DNA from: an uncultured Planctomycetales bacterium
GTDB taxonomy: Bacteria > Omnitrophota > Gorgyraeia > Zapsychrales > Fredricksoniimonadaceae
NCBI GenBank assembly: GCA_964583975.1
Contig: CAZOXU010000007.1
Coordinates: forward strand, 11,051-75,050
Direction of reading: 5' to 3'
DNA length: 64,000 nucleotides
Shown here: positions 9,330 through 18,369 of the stretch, piece by piece
Layout of the letters: every line of letters starts with the position of its first letter
Numbering within the stretch: the first letter of the stretch is position 1
Program-made: the position numbers and the translations under genes
Notes under the pieces: model-generated
Database searches by the model: none
Told to the model about the DNA's origin: nothing
What the model saw: the letters and a program-made list of their open reading frames with translations, nothing else

Positions 9330-9603
9330 AAATGCAGTACCTTTGAACTTTCTTAACTGGAGGTATTAGCCCAGGCAAACTAAAACCTTGGTTATATAAC
9401 CAATGCAATAAATAACCTGGTGGCTTATCCTTTTTAAACTCCATTAATGCAAACCACGCGACAATGGTTAAAATTCCAAAAATAAGTGGATTAAAAAACA
9501 AACAACCCAATCCGCCAAACATTCCCAAGAATCCTATATCTTCGATTTCAAGACCAAGAAGTAAAAGAGGTCGATCCAAAGTTCTAGGGCATTTTCGCTT
9601 CAT
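9289..9603 (-). CDS. traL: TraL-like (VirB3 analogue)
   Basis: From internal Met: MKRKCPRTLDRPLLLLGLEIEDIGFLGMFGGLGCLFFNPLIFGILTIVAWFALMEFKKDKPPGYLLHWLYNQG aligns by eye with F TraL (P-x-TL...GLPLDE...FGIKKLKKG...LIYWY). The ORF-track N-terminal extension is treated as spurious. Confidence 0.6.
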   Translation of the reverse strand: MKRKCPRTLDRPLLLLGLEIEDIGFLGMFGGLGCLFFNPLIFGILTIVAWFALMEFKKDKPPGYLLHWLYNQGFSLPGLIPPVKKVQRYCIYAKTDYVKKFTVH

Positions 9604-9613
9604 TTTATTCTCC

Positions 9614-9895
9614 TTAAACTCGTCCAAGCAAAATTGGTAAGAACAACAGAAGCAGAAAAGCCGTTCCGCAACAAAGGGCAGTTTTATGTTTACCCTGTAA
9701 TAAACTTGCAATTCCCACTAACAACACAACAGCTGCCAAAATCTTTATAACTGGCCCTTGTACAATGCTCAGAACCTTATCTGAAAAATCTTTACTAACC
9801 TCTAGTGGATCGTCCGTTGCTGCTATAGCTTTTGAAGCACAGACAAAAAACATTAAAAGTACACCTGATATAAAATTACTAACTTTTAACAACAT
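9614..9895 (-). CDS. Candidate T4SS pilin (TraA/VirB2/TrbC-like)
   Basis: 93 aa. Cleavable signal peptide ending AIAA, then about 68 aa with two hydrophobic helices. First gene of the L-E-K-B block, as traA is in F. Confidence 0.45.
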   Translation of the reverse strand: MLLKVSNFISGVLLMFFVCASKAIAATDDPLEVSKDFSDKVLSIVQGPVIKILAAVVLLVGIASLLQGKHKTALCCGTAFLLLLFLPILLGRV

Positions 9896-9910
9896 ACATT
9901 TCCCCCTTTG

Positions 9911-11089
9911 TTAACGTTTATTAATAATTTGAAAACATTGTCTAAACCCAATAAAACTAAAAATAGGCAGGACACACAATATAAATGCTGACACCGCACT
10001 AAAATATGGATACTCCCAAATACCATAAATTGCGCCAGAATTATGAATTTGAATATGAAAGACCATCATAGAAACATAATGTGCTAAAGCAGCAATTAAA
10101 CCCCAAGATTTAATCCACAAAAATATCTCAAGATAGTGCAACAAAATACTAAAACGATGAAAGATAAGTACTGCAAACATAAAAAAAGGGAAACTCACGT
10201 ATAAACAAAAGTTTACCCATCCATATATATAGAGAAAGAAGCTGTGAACGCCTGTGATCAAAAACCAATACAAATTCTCTTGGCGCGGACGCAATTGCCC
10301 CTGAAAGATACTGTCAAGAATTTGATTATCAATATTGCTAGATGAAATATTAGAATGCTGTAATAATTGCCTGATTTTCATCCATGGCCCTTGAGGATCA
10401 CTAAGTAATTGCAGTAGATTATTCTTTATTTCATCCCACTTTTGCTTCCCTTGTTGTGAATATTGATGAACAATACTCACGCTTCCTGGTGATAATGAAC
10501 GTAAATCATAGGTTGGATTACGATTAGTATAGAAAGCCAGCGCAGGTAAATAATGCGCATAAATAAAATCATTCAAATCTTTCTTTAAGCTTATATCAAT
10601 AATGGGCGTGTTAATAAATTGATTGGCCTGCAATGCGAGCCTCTGAATTCCTAGAGGTTCATCCAGAAAACGAAAATCATCAGCCAACACGTTATCTATA
10701 GCAGAAATTATCCCAATATTCATAGCATCAGCCATCTGTCCAAAATACGACAGGACTAATGGCATAACATTCATAGTAGTTTGAGAATTCTTGACATCTT
10801 GTGTTGATGTATTACTTGTGCCGTAGACTTCCATGACACTTTTAATATGAGGCTCTTGGCGAGAAGGCACTACTATCATCATCCATCCGGCAATACAAAT
10901 AAAAGCAAACACAGCAAAATGCCTGTAATTTGCCTCTCTAGCTGAACGCCAGACGCTGTAGCCAAATCCGATAGCAAAGGCTACAAATCCTAAATGTGAA
11001 GTAAAAAAGAATCTAACAAGGCTTTGCGATACATTTAACCCCCACGCAGATAGCGCAGCATCAATGGGCGTGAAACCAAAAATATCCAT
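9911..11089 (-). CDS. Polytopic membrane protein (2 N-terminal TM, about 200-aa periplasmic loop, 4-5 C-terminal TM), possibly VirB6/TraG-N-like
   Basis: Topology read from hydrophobic segments only. First gene of the tra-like array. Confidence 0.3.
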   Translation of the reverse strand: MDIFGFTPIDAALSAWGLNVSQSLVRFFFTSHLGFVAFAIGFGYSVWRSAREANYRHFAVFAFICIAGWMMIVVPSRQEPHIKSVMEVYGTSNTSTQDVKNSQTTMNVMPLVLSYFGQMADAMNIGIISAIDNVLADDFRFLDEPLGIQRLALQANQFINTPIIDISLKKDLNDFIYAHYLPALAFYTNRNPTYDLRSLSPGSVSIVHQYSQQGKQKWDEIKNNLLQLLSDPQGPWMKIRQLLQHSNISSSNIDNQILDSIFQGQLRPRQENLYWFLITGVHSFFLYIYGWVNFCLYVSFPFFMFAVLIFHRFSILLHYLEIFLWIKSWGLIAALAHYVSMMVFHIQIHNSGAIYGIWEYPYFSAVSAFILCVLPIFSFIGFRQCFQIINKR

Positions 11090-11130
11090 GAATCGTATTT
11101 CTAAAGGGGGAATTAACTAGGAAACTACTT

Positions 11131-11148
11131 TAGGATTGGGGAATCCTA
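11131..11148. promoter_or_regulatory. Palindrome TAGGATTGGGGAATCCTA in the putative promoter region of the tra-like operon
   Basis: Seen in sequence about 45 nt upstream of the first tra-array gene. Confidence 0.3.
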
Positions 11149-11225
11149 GGAAAGATGCAAATATCTTAGCCAACAATGCTTAATTGTCAATAAAATTATG
11201 ATATATAATCAATTATGTTTGTAAT

Positions 11226-11261
11226 AAAAAAGCCTTCTGTAAATTTCACAGAAGGCTTTTT
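11226..11261 (-). terminator. Strong bidirectional rho-independent terminator after the major pilin gene
   Basis: 9-bp perfect stem GCCTTCTGT/ACAGAAGGC, 7-nt loop, flanked by A5-6 and T5 runs. Confidence 0.7.
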
Positions 11262-11274
11262 GAATCAAACCATA

Positions 11275-11676
11275 CTAACAAATACCTGCATAAGTTCCTG
11301 TTGCTGTACAAACCCAAGAACCAGCGCTACCTGATGTTCTTGATAATTGAACATAATTGGTACCAGAGGCTTGACGAGAGTTAGTTGCCACAATGAGCAC
11401 TGAACTTCCGCCAGGATTAGTAATGACATAACCCCATTTAGGACTGGAAGCAGCTCCACCCAAAAGACAATTGGTAGGAACGAAATCTTTTCCTTGAAGA
11501 CATCCTTCTACCTGTGTTTTCAAAGAAGAAGCATTTGTTAAAGCTTCAGCTGCTTGTGAACGTTCTACGTTAGCAAATAAATTTGGCAATGCAATAGCTG
11601 CCAAAATACCAAGAATAATCAAGACGACGATAATCTCAATAAGTGTAAAACCTGAATTATTACGTATTTTTCTCAT
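11275..11676 (-). CDS. Type IV prepilin / T2SS major pseudopilin (GspG/PilA-like)
   Basis: MRKIRNNSGFTLIEIIVVLIILGILAAIALP: a class III leader with G/FTLIE prepilin-peptidase site and Glu+5. 133 aa. Confidence 0.85.
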   Translation of the reverse strand: MRKIRNNSGFTLIEIIVVLIILGILAAIALPNLFANVERSQAAEALTNASSLKTQVEGCLQGKDFVPTNCLLGGAASSPKWGYVITNPGGSSVLIVATNSRQASGTNYVQLSRTSGSAGSWVCTATGTYAGIC

Positions 11677-11693
11677 TCTATTCTCCTTATTAG

Positions 11694-13817
11694 TTATTTT
11701 GATAATACCATTTTTAACTTCAACGCCCTTTTAGGATCAACTAAAAAGGCCTGCTTATAAGCATTGTCGGCTAATTCATATTGAGCACTAAAAAATAAAA
11801 TTTCTCGCAATCTGATAAGAAGTTCAAAACTTTTACTTTTACTTATCAGTTCAGTTGCAATCTGTTTTGCTTTTTCTATATTATTAGCTCTCAAATATAT
11901 TCTCACTTTATACAACTCAACTACATCATGAACAAAATAATTCTCTTTAACTTGATCTAAAACGTCTATTGCTTTTTGATACTGCTTTTGCTCTTCCAAT
12001 ATACTTATTTTGTATATCGGAATATCTATGGAAAATATATCATACTTTTGAGCTTCGTCAAGGTAAGATAAAGCTTTTTTATAGTCCCCTTGAAACCTAT
12101 GTATGACAGCATAAATGTCTTCTTTTTTGTCACTAAACTGTGGGCTTAAATTAATTTTTTCTGAACTGCTTATTTTATGAAATTTATTTAAAATGTTACC
12201 TTCATGATCTATGTATCCAAAACGTTCTAAATCCTCAAATAAAGCCTCTACATCAACCTCAATTTCATTAAAATCTGAAGCCTTAATTTTCCCTCCTTCA
12301 AGCATAGATATAGTAGCTAAACCCAAATATGCCGACAAAAATGTGGGGTCCGCATCTAACAATTTATTATAATAAAACTTAGCTTCCTTATAATCCCCCT
12401 TCTGAACATATAAAGATCCTAAATTACCGAAAACAAAAAGCTTTCTTTGGGTTTCAAGAAGAGATTTAAAACAATTAATTGAATTGTCAATATTACTAAA
12501 ATTTTGCAAGTATGAACAATAACCAATAGCAGGAAAATCAAAGCCTGGAGTTTCAGCAACCCATTGAGTATAGTAAGAAGCAGGATTATTGAATAATAAA
12601 TTTTGTTTATATGAGAATAAAAACAAAAATGTAGAAAGCAAAACTAACAAGACATAAGGAAACCAGCTTATAAGAAATTTTGTTTTATGTATAAACCATG
12701 AAATAATGGCAAAAAACCCAATATTTGTATAAAAAATCCAATGTGGTTCAAAATAAAAGAATCCCTGACCAAGTATATTATAAGAAGCAGGGGCAGATAA
12801 AACAAAACCAAATGAAAACATCAACCAAAAAAACAACATCTTCTTGTTTTCTCTATAAAACACTACAGAGAAATATAAAAAAACACATAAATAAAAAACA
12901 AACACCCATATCCATTTCCCAGCCATGTATTTATCAACCGACGTCACCCATTGAAGAAAAATATTGTCTGGATAGAATAATTTTGTAATAACCCATCTAA
13001 TTATCCTGGCGTATGCCGCGCAAGCTTCATACCAAGTGATTTTAAAACCTCCAAAAACAGCACCTAAAAGCCCCCCGGAAGTCATGGACAACTTTGAACG
13101 AAAATATAGATAGAATAAAAAGACGCTAAAGAATCCAGAACAAAGAAAAAAACGAAACCTATTAATGGTTATGGTAGCTAAAAAATAAAACAATAAAATT
13201 AGAGGAAATATAAACGCTAACTCATGAAATAAAAGTGTAAAAAGAAAAAGTACCAAATAAAGAAGATACTGGCTCCAATGAAAAAGACCTCTCTCCTTTG
13301 AAATCTTATTAATATAAATAAAGATTAAATTAAAAAATACAATTTGAAGAGACAGATGAAACGCGGTCTTATAATTAACAGCTAAACCATTAAATGGATG
13401 CAAAAGATACAGCAATGCGGATGAGCTAGATATAAAGCGGCTAGAAGTAATTGAAAAAACAAACAGAAAAATACTGTAACAAGCCAAAACGAAAGAAACC
13501 AAACTAACAAATTGATAGGCTACACTATTACTATTAAGCAAAGAAGATTCTATACTAAACAAAAAATGAGTCAGCGGACGATAATACCCCCACCGGTTCT
13601 CAAAATTCTCAAAACCAACACGATCTGTTAAATTAGGAATAAAATCATAAGAAAAGAATTGGGGATTCTGCTTTCTTACATTTAAATAATGATCTGCATC
13701 ATCTATAAAAAATGGATTCTTAAAACTATCCCAGAAATTAAAGACACCAACTAGAATAAGAAGAAAAAAGAAAAGAATCTTGAAATGTTTATTAAAGAAA
13801 TTGGGCAAGCTAAACAT
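11694..13817 (-). CDS. GT-C fold membrane glycosyltransferase (about 11 TM) with C-terminal TPR domain
   Basis: FFIDDADHY acidic motif in the first extracytoplasmic loop, many TM helices over about 430 aa, then TPR-like repeats (GDYKEAKFYYNKLLDADP...). Sits between gspF and the pilin gene. Confidence 0.5.
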   Translation of the reverse strand: MFSLPNFFNKHFKILFFFLLILVGVFNFWDSFKNPFFIDDADHYLNVRKQNPQFFSYDFIPNLTDRVGFENFENRWGYYRPLTHFLFSIESSLLNSNSVAYQFVSLVSFVLACYSIFLFVFSITSSRFISSSSALLYLLHPFNGLAVNYKTAFHLSLQIVFFNLIFIYINKISKERGLFHWSQYLLYLVLFLFTLLFHELAFIFPLILLFYFLATITINRFRFFLCSGFFSVFLFYLYFRSKLSMTSGGLLGAVFGGFKITWYEACAAYARIIRWVITKLFYPDNIFLQWVTSVDKYMAGKWIWVFVFYLCVFLYFSVVFYRENKKMLFFWLMFSFGFVLSAPASYNILGQGFFYFEPHWIFYTNIGFFAIISWFIHKTKFLISWFPYVLLVLLSTFLFLFSYKQNLLFNNPASYYTQWVAETPGFDFPAIGYCSYLQNFSNIDNSINCFKSLLETQRKLFVFGNLGSLYVQKGDYKEAKFYYNKLLDADPTFLSAYLGLATISMLEGGKIKASDFNEIEVDVEALFEDLERFGYIDHEGNILNKFHKISSSEKINLSPQFSDKKEDIYAVIHRFQGDYKKALSYLDEAQKYDIFSIDIPIYKISILEEQKQYQKAIDVLDQVKENYFVHDVVELYKVRIYLRANNIEKAKQIATELISKSKSFELLIRLREILFFSAQYELADNAYKQAFLVDPKRALKLKMVLSK

Positions 13818-15061
13818 TAATGACTAATTCCTCCCCCACCCTGTCCAAGCTTAAACAAAGGAAGGAAGATTGAAATGACAATAACCCCAATAACTCCCGC
13901 CATAAAAACTAACATGACTGGTTCAAAAATAGTACTAAACCTTTTCATCGTGGTTTCCACATGATCTTTATAATATTTAGCTACATGATCAAACATTTTA
14001 GCAAGCTCACCTGTTTCTTCTCCCACCTGAATCATTTGAACAGCCAAGACAGGAAAAAAGCTTTCCTTAACCATTGAAACAGCTAGCCCCTTACCCTCGC
14101 TGACATCTTCACGTATTTTGGCAATCAGATACCCGGCGGTTTGATTTTCAACTAATTTTTGGACAATTTCCAAGGCTAAAACAATAGGAACACCTGAACT
14201 CACTAAAATTGACATCTGAGAAGAGAATCGTTCCATAATAATCAATTTCGTCACATCACCAATAATAGGCAATTGAAATATAATTTGTTCAAACTGTAAG
14301 CTTCCCATGGGGGTCTTAAAATAGCTTCTCAAAATAAAGAATACCCCTGCTACCCCCCCTAAAATATACAAAAAATTTGTTTTAATAAATTTAAAAGTTG
14401 CCAATAGAATCTTGGTCATACCCGGAAGATCTGCATGCATGGATACAAAGATTTCTTCAAATCTGGGCGCCACAAAAAGAGCAAAAAACATAACAGCTCC
14501 AACACTAACAAAAACTAGTATAAGTGGATAGATCATAGCTGATATAACCGTACTCTTAAAAGCTGCCTGCTCTTCCACATGTAAGGCTAGTTTATTTAAA
14601 ACAAGAGGCATTGTTCCAGAAGCCTCCCCTACTTCAATAATAGAAACCCAAAACTGAGAAAAAACCTTCGGATGTTTAGCCAAACTTTCGCTTAGGGATT
14701 TACCAGCCTCAACATCCGTTCGTATCTGTTTGGTTACTTCATGAAATTTCTTACTGCTAATCTGAGAAATACATACATCCAAACTACGCAACAAAGCAAC
14801 CCCAGCTTCCAACATCGTTGCTAATTGTCTAGAAAAAATCAAAAGGTCTTCTAACTTAACGCTATCATGAGTAAACTTCATGGTTGTTGATCGAGCTGCT
14901 ACAACCTGTTCTTTAGTCTTTTCATTCATTAATCCGACTTTAATGATAAAAAGACCTTCGCTTTGCAATCTATCTACCACAGCCTGCTCATTGAAAGCCT
15001 CTATAACATCGGTTTTAACCTTACCTTGAGCATCCCTAGCTGTATAAGTGAACATCGGCAT
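13817..15061 (-). CDS. gspF: T2SS/T4P platform protein GspF/PilC
   Basis: 414 aa, duplicated GspF-type domains with three TM helices. Confidence 0.85.
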   Translation of the reverse strand: MPMFTYTARDAQGKVKTDVIEAFNEQAVVDRLQSEGLFIIKVGLMNEKTKEQVVAARSTTMKFTHDSVKLEDLLIFSRQLATMLEAGVALLRSLDVCISQISSKKFHEVTKQIRTDVEAGKSLSESLAKHPKVFSQFWVSIIEVGEASGTMPLVLNKLALHVEEQAAFKSTVISAMIYPLILVFVSVGAVMFFALFVAPRFEEIFVSMHADLPGMTKILLATFKFIKTNFLYILGGVAGVFFILRSYFKTPMGSLQFEQIIFQLPIIGDVTKLIIMERFSSQMSILVSSGVPIVLALEIVQKLVENQTAGYLIAKIREDVSEGKGLAVSMVKESFFPVLAVQMIQVGEETGELAKMFDHVAKYYKDHVETTMKRFSTIFEPVMLVFMAGVIGVIVISIFLPLFKLGQGGGGISH

Positions 15062-15085
15062 AACTAAATTATCCTTGTTATAAAA

Positions 15086-16810
15086 CTAACCCGTACTTAA
15101 AGTCGAGCCTAAAATTTCCTCGACACTCGTTAAACCTTCTTCAACTTTTTTCATTCCTGATTCAAACAAGCTATCCATACCATTTTTACGTGCCGCATCT
15201 TTAAGCTCTTCATAGGTGCAGTTTTTAGCTAACATAGAACGAATTTCTTCATTAATATACATTACCTCTGATATAACCATACGTCCCTTATACCCTGTAT
15301 GAGCACATTCATCACAACCCTTAGCTTTATATAGTAAATCTGTTTTGACCTTATAATCTCCCACAACGACGCCATTATTTTCATAAGGTTCTTTACACTT
15401 TGGACAAAGTTTTCTAGCTAATCTTTGACCAATAACCATAACCAATGAGGGCGTCAAAAGATAGTTAGGCACTCCAATATCCATAAGACGCGTCAAGGCT
15501 GATGGAGCATCGTTGGTGTGAAGCGTGCTTAAAACCAAGTGTCCCGTAAGCGCGGCACGCACACAAATCTGCGCTGTTTCCAAATCACGAACTTCACCCA
15601 CCAGCATTATATCAGGATCCTGGCGCAAAAATGCTCTAAGAGCAGAAGCAAAAGTTAAACCAATTTCTGTACGTACGGCCACCTGATTAATACCTTCGAT
15701 TCTAAATTCTACAGGATCCTCTACTGTAACAATATTTTTAGAAACATCTTTAACTTCATTAAGAGCGGCATAAAGGGTAGTTGATTTTCCACTTCCCGTG
15801 GGTCCAGTAACAAAAAATAAACCGTAAGAAGAATCTAAAGCTTTACGAATAAACCCAAGCTGTTTAGCATCAAATCCTAAATTAGCCAGCTCAAGCTTAA
15901 TGGCGCCTTTATCCAAAATACGCATAACAACCTTCTCCCCCCAAATAGTAGGAATGGTTGAAACGCGTAAATCCACCACTCTGTCTTCTAGTTTAGCTGA
16001 AATATTACCATCCTGTGGCAAACGTTTCTCAGCAATATCTAATTTAGCTAGAATTTTTACACGCGAAACAATGGCCAGATGCAAATGGGCTGCTGGAGGT
16101 GGAATCTGATACAACACACCATCAATACGATAACGAATCTCAATCTTATCCTTACCAGGTTCAATATGGATATCACTAGCCTTCTCATCAATAGCCTGAC
16201 GGATAATCAAGTCCACCAATTTAATAACAGGAGCTTCCTCAGCTTTCGCAATAAGACGGTCAATACTTAATTCTGTTTCAGGCTCCCTAGTCAGACTAAC
16301 ATCTACATCTTCTTCTTTTTGATCCGAATAGCTTTTCTGGACTTCTTTACCCAACATGCTATCTTTACCTTGAGAGGTATAGAAATCATTGATAGCTTTA
16401 GTAAGGTCTGTTTTAGTACCAATCACCAAATTTAGATCAAAACCTGTCAGCTTTGATAAATTATCCAACATTAAAAAATCAAGAGGGTCAAAAACAGCAC
16501 ATGTCAAAGCATTCATGTTTTTTGACAAAGGAAGCACCATATGCTTGCGAGCAAAATCATAAGGTACAATTTGTTCAAGATTTTGATCTAACCGAGGTTT
16601 CATTAATTCGGTTTTTTGAGAAGCGTAAGGTATCATAAGCTGCGTGCCAAGAGCCATGGCTAAATCAGCTTCCGTAATCATACCCAACTTAAGCAACACC
16701 TCTCCAATGCGGCCTTTTTGCTGTTTTTGAGCTTCAATAGCCTCTTGCAGCTGGCTTTCAGTGATCAAACCTTGTTTAATGAGTAGTTCACCGAGTTTTA
16801 GGTGTATCAT
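15086..16810 (-). CDS. gspE: T2SS/T4P assembly ATPase GspE/PilB/MshE with N-terminal MshEN domain
   Basis: Walker A GPTGSGKST, Asp box, His box, tetracysteine CPKC...CDEC. The N-terminus carries two tandem 24-aa RLGxxLLxxGLIxxxxLxxALxxQ motifs separated by 5 aa. Confidence 0.9.
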   Translation of the reverse strand: MIHLKLGELLIKQGLITESQLQEAIEAQKQQKGRIGEVLLKLGMITEADLAMALGTQLMIPYASQKTELMKPRLDQNLEQIVPYDFARKHMVLPLSKNMNALTCAVFDPLDFLMLDNLSKLTGFDLNLVIGTKTDLTKAINDFYTSQGKDSMLGKEVQKSYSDQKEEDVDVSLTREPETELSIDRLIAKAEEAPVIKLVDLIIRQAIDEKASDIHIEPGKDKIEIRYRIDGVLYQIPPPAAHLHLAIVSRVKILAKLDIAEKRLPQDGNISAKLEDRVVDLRVSTIPTIWGEKVVMRILDKGAIKLELANLGFDAKQLGFIRKALDSSYGLFFVTGPTGSGKSTTLYAALNEVKDVSKNIVTVEDPVEFRIEGINQVAVRTEIGLTFASALRAFLRQDPDIMLVGEVRDLETAQICVRAALTGHLVLSTLHTNDAPSALTRLMDIGVPNYLLTPSLVMVIGQRLARKLCPKCKEPYENNGVVVGDYKVKTDLLYKAKGCDECAHTGYKGRMVISEVMYINEEIRSMLAKNCTYEELKDAARKNGMDSLFESGMKKVEEGLTSVEEILGSTLSTG

Positions 16811-18337
16811 TTATTTGTTGTTTTTCTCAGTCGAATCAAGCTGCTGATTGACAGCATCCATTTTGAGGGGATCCATACCTTCACGATCGATGCGTTGGGA
16901 TGCTTCCATTGTAAATTTCTTAAGAAGATTATCATTAGCAATCTTAGGAGTAATAAAAATAATTAATTCTCTTTCGGTCTCTATTACACTCTTGTGACGG
17001 AAAGGTCCTCCTATCACTGGCAGGTCGCCCAAAAAGGGTAATTTAGAAATATCGACAATTCTTTGTTTACGCAACAGCCCCCCGATAATCACTGTTTCTC
17101 CATTCTTGACCTTTAATATGGAATCTGTTTTACGTGATTCCACATCAATAACATTAGTTCCATTAACTCTTATTCCAGAATCGCTGGTGTCATCAATCTG
17201 AGGTGAAACTTTTAAGACAATCTCTCCTGTAGTTAAATTAGCTTGCGGAGTGACATCTAACATAACCTTAACAGGCTTAGTTATAGCTGTTTCTGTTTTA
17301 GTGGTCCCTGTGGTACTTGTACTTTCTGTAGCAGAAACACCCACCGTTCGATCTCCACCAACTTCAATATGACCAGTCTGATTATTTAATGTCAAAATCT
17401 TTGGACTAGCTAAACTATGCGTGTCAGCCTGAGATTTTAAAAAATCTAGAGCTGCCGTCATGCCAGAAAAATCAAGAATACCAGGAGTAAATTGTAACGA
17501 ATTAGCAGGTCCCGAATCGCTACCCGAGCTAGATGATCCTGAACCCCCTGATGAACTATCCGATGAATCAGAACCTGATGCTAATTTATAAGGGGCTCCC
17601 CCATTATTCATTTTATTTAAAATAAAATTTTGATTAAAAGGAACCAGGGTCTCTCTAGAACCACCCCTAAACGTAAGAGGCGTTTGCCCATAAAGCACAC
17701 CTATTTTCTCTGAATTCCCCTTAGAAACGTCTAATATTTCCACTTCAATTAAAATTTGCACTACAGGCACATCAAGCTTGGCAATAGTTTCTTCAATTAA
17801 AGGAAATTGTTCAGGAACATCCGAAATGATAAAACTATTTGTCCTAGGATCTTCTTGTAATTTTCCATCTTTGGATTTAATAGCATCTAACGCAGCCTTA
17901 ATGCCTCCTGTTGCATCCTTGCCGTTCATTTTAGAAGTCGACACCGAAGCAAACTTTAGAGGAAAAACCTTTGTAACTGTTTTGTCTTTTTCCTTGGGCT
18001 TAACAATAAAAACGTTGCTATTTGCAGTCATTTCATAAGTTAAATCATTAGCATCTAAGATTTTCTCTAACGCTTCTTCCGTAGGAACTTTTTCTAAAAA
18101 AATTGTTACTTTCTTGTTAGACACTTCTGCCGCTGATATAAAATTTAATCCTGCTTGCTGGGAGAATATTTTTAACACATCAGTTAATGAAGTATCTCTA
18201 GAATTGATTGAAATTTTCTTGGAATAATCAGAATAGATAAAACGATTTTCAATATCTTCCACAGCTGCTACCGATAAAGTAGTAGAAAACATGATCAGGT
18301 ATAACGACATTGCTAGGTAACGAAAATTCATGAACAC
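16811..18337 (-). CDS. gspD: Secretin (GspD/PilQ family), short form
   Basis: 508 aa. Signal peptide, N0-like domain, Ser/Gly/Asp low-complexity linker, C-terminal secretin domain (VIIGGLLRKQ...LPFLGDLPVIGGPF). Confidence 0.85.
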   Translation of the reverse strand: MFMNFRYLAMSLYLIMFSTTLSVAAVEDIENRFIYSDYSKKISINSRDTSLTDVLKIFSQQAGLNFISAAEVSNKKVTIFLEKVPTEEALEKILDANDLTYEMTANSNVFIVKPKEKDKTVTKVFPLKFASVSTSKMNGKDATGGIKAALDAIKSKDGKLQEDPRTNSFIISDVPEQFPLIEETIAKLDVPVVQILIEVEILDVSKGNSEKIGVLYGQTPLTFRGGSRETLVPFNQNFILNKMNNGGAPYKLASGSDSSDSSSGGSGSSSSGSDSGPANSLQFTPGILDFSGMTAALDFLKSQADTHSLASPKILTLNNQTGHIEVGGDRTVGVSATESTSTTGTTKTETAITKPVKVMLDVTPQANLTTGEIVLKVSPQIDDTSDSGIRVNGTNVIDVESRKTDSILKVKNGETVIIGGLLRKQRIVDISKLPFLGDLPVIGGPFRHKSVIETERELIIFITPKIANDNLLKKFTMEASQRIDREGMDPLKMDAVNQQLDSTEKNNK

Positions 18338-18369
18338 TCCACGATCTTGTTAAGAAGTATTATTAAAAA

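Noticed and set aside
9604-9711. Cys-rich 36-aa N-terminal extension (FCFCCSYQFC) of the traL ORF in the ORF track
   Set aside because: It overlaps the upstream pilin gene in another frame. TraL homology begins at the internal Met, so the extension is treated as spurious.
1-11089. Calling the tra-like block an integrative conjugative element or prophage
   Set aside because: No integrase, relaxase, coupling protein, transposase or flanking direct repeats are visible within the window, so the mobile-element call is not supportable here. It is kept as an open question in the findings.
11090-11274. Intergenic spacers 11090-11274, 43883-43990, 44835-44946 and 49405-49830, inspected for tRNA/ncRNA genes
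   Set aside because: No cloverleaf-compatible segments or conserved tRNA boxes seen. The structures present are explained as terminators, promoters or REP-like repeats.
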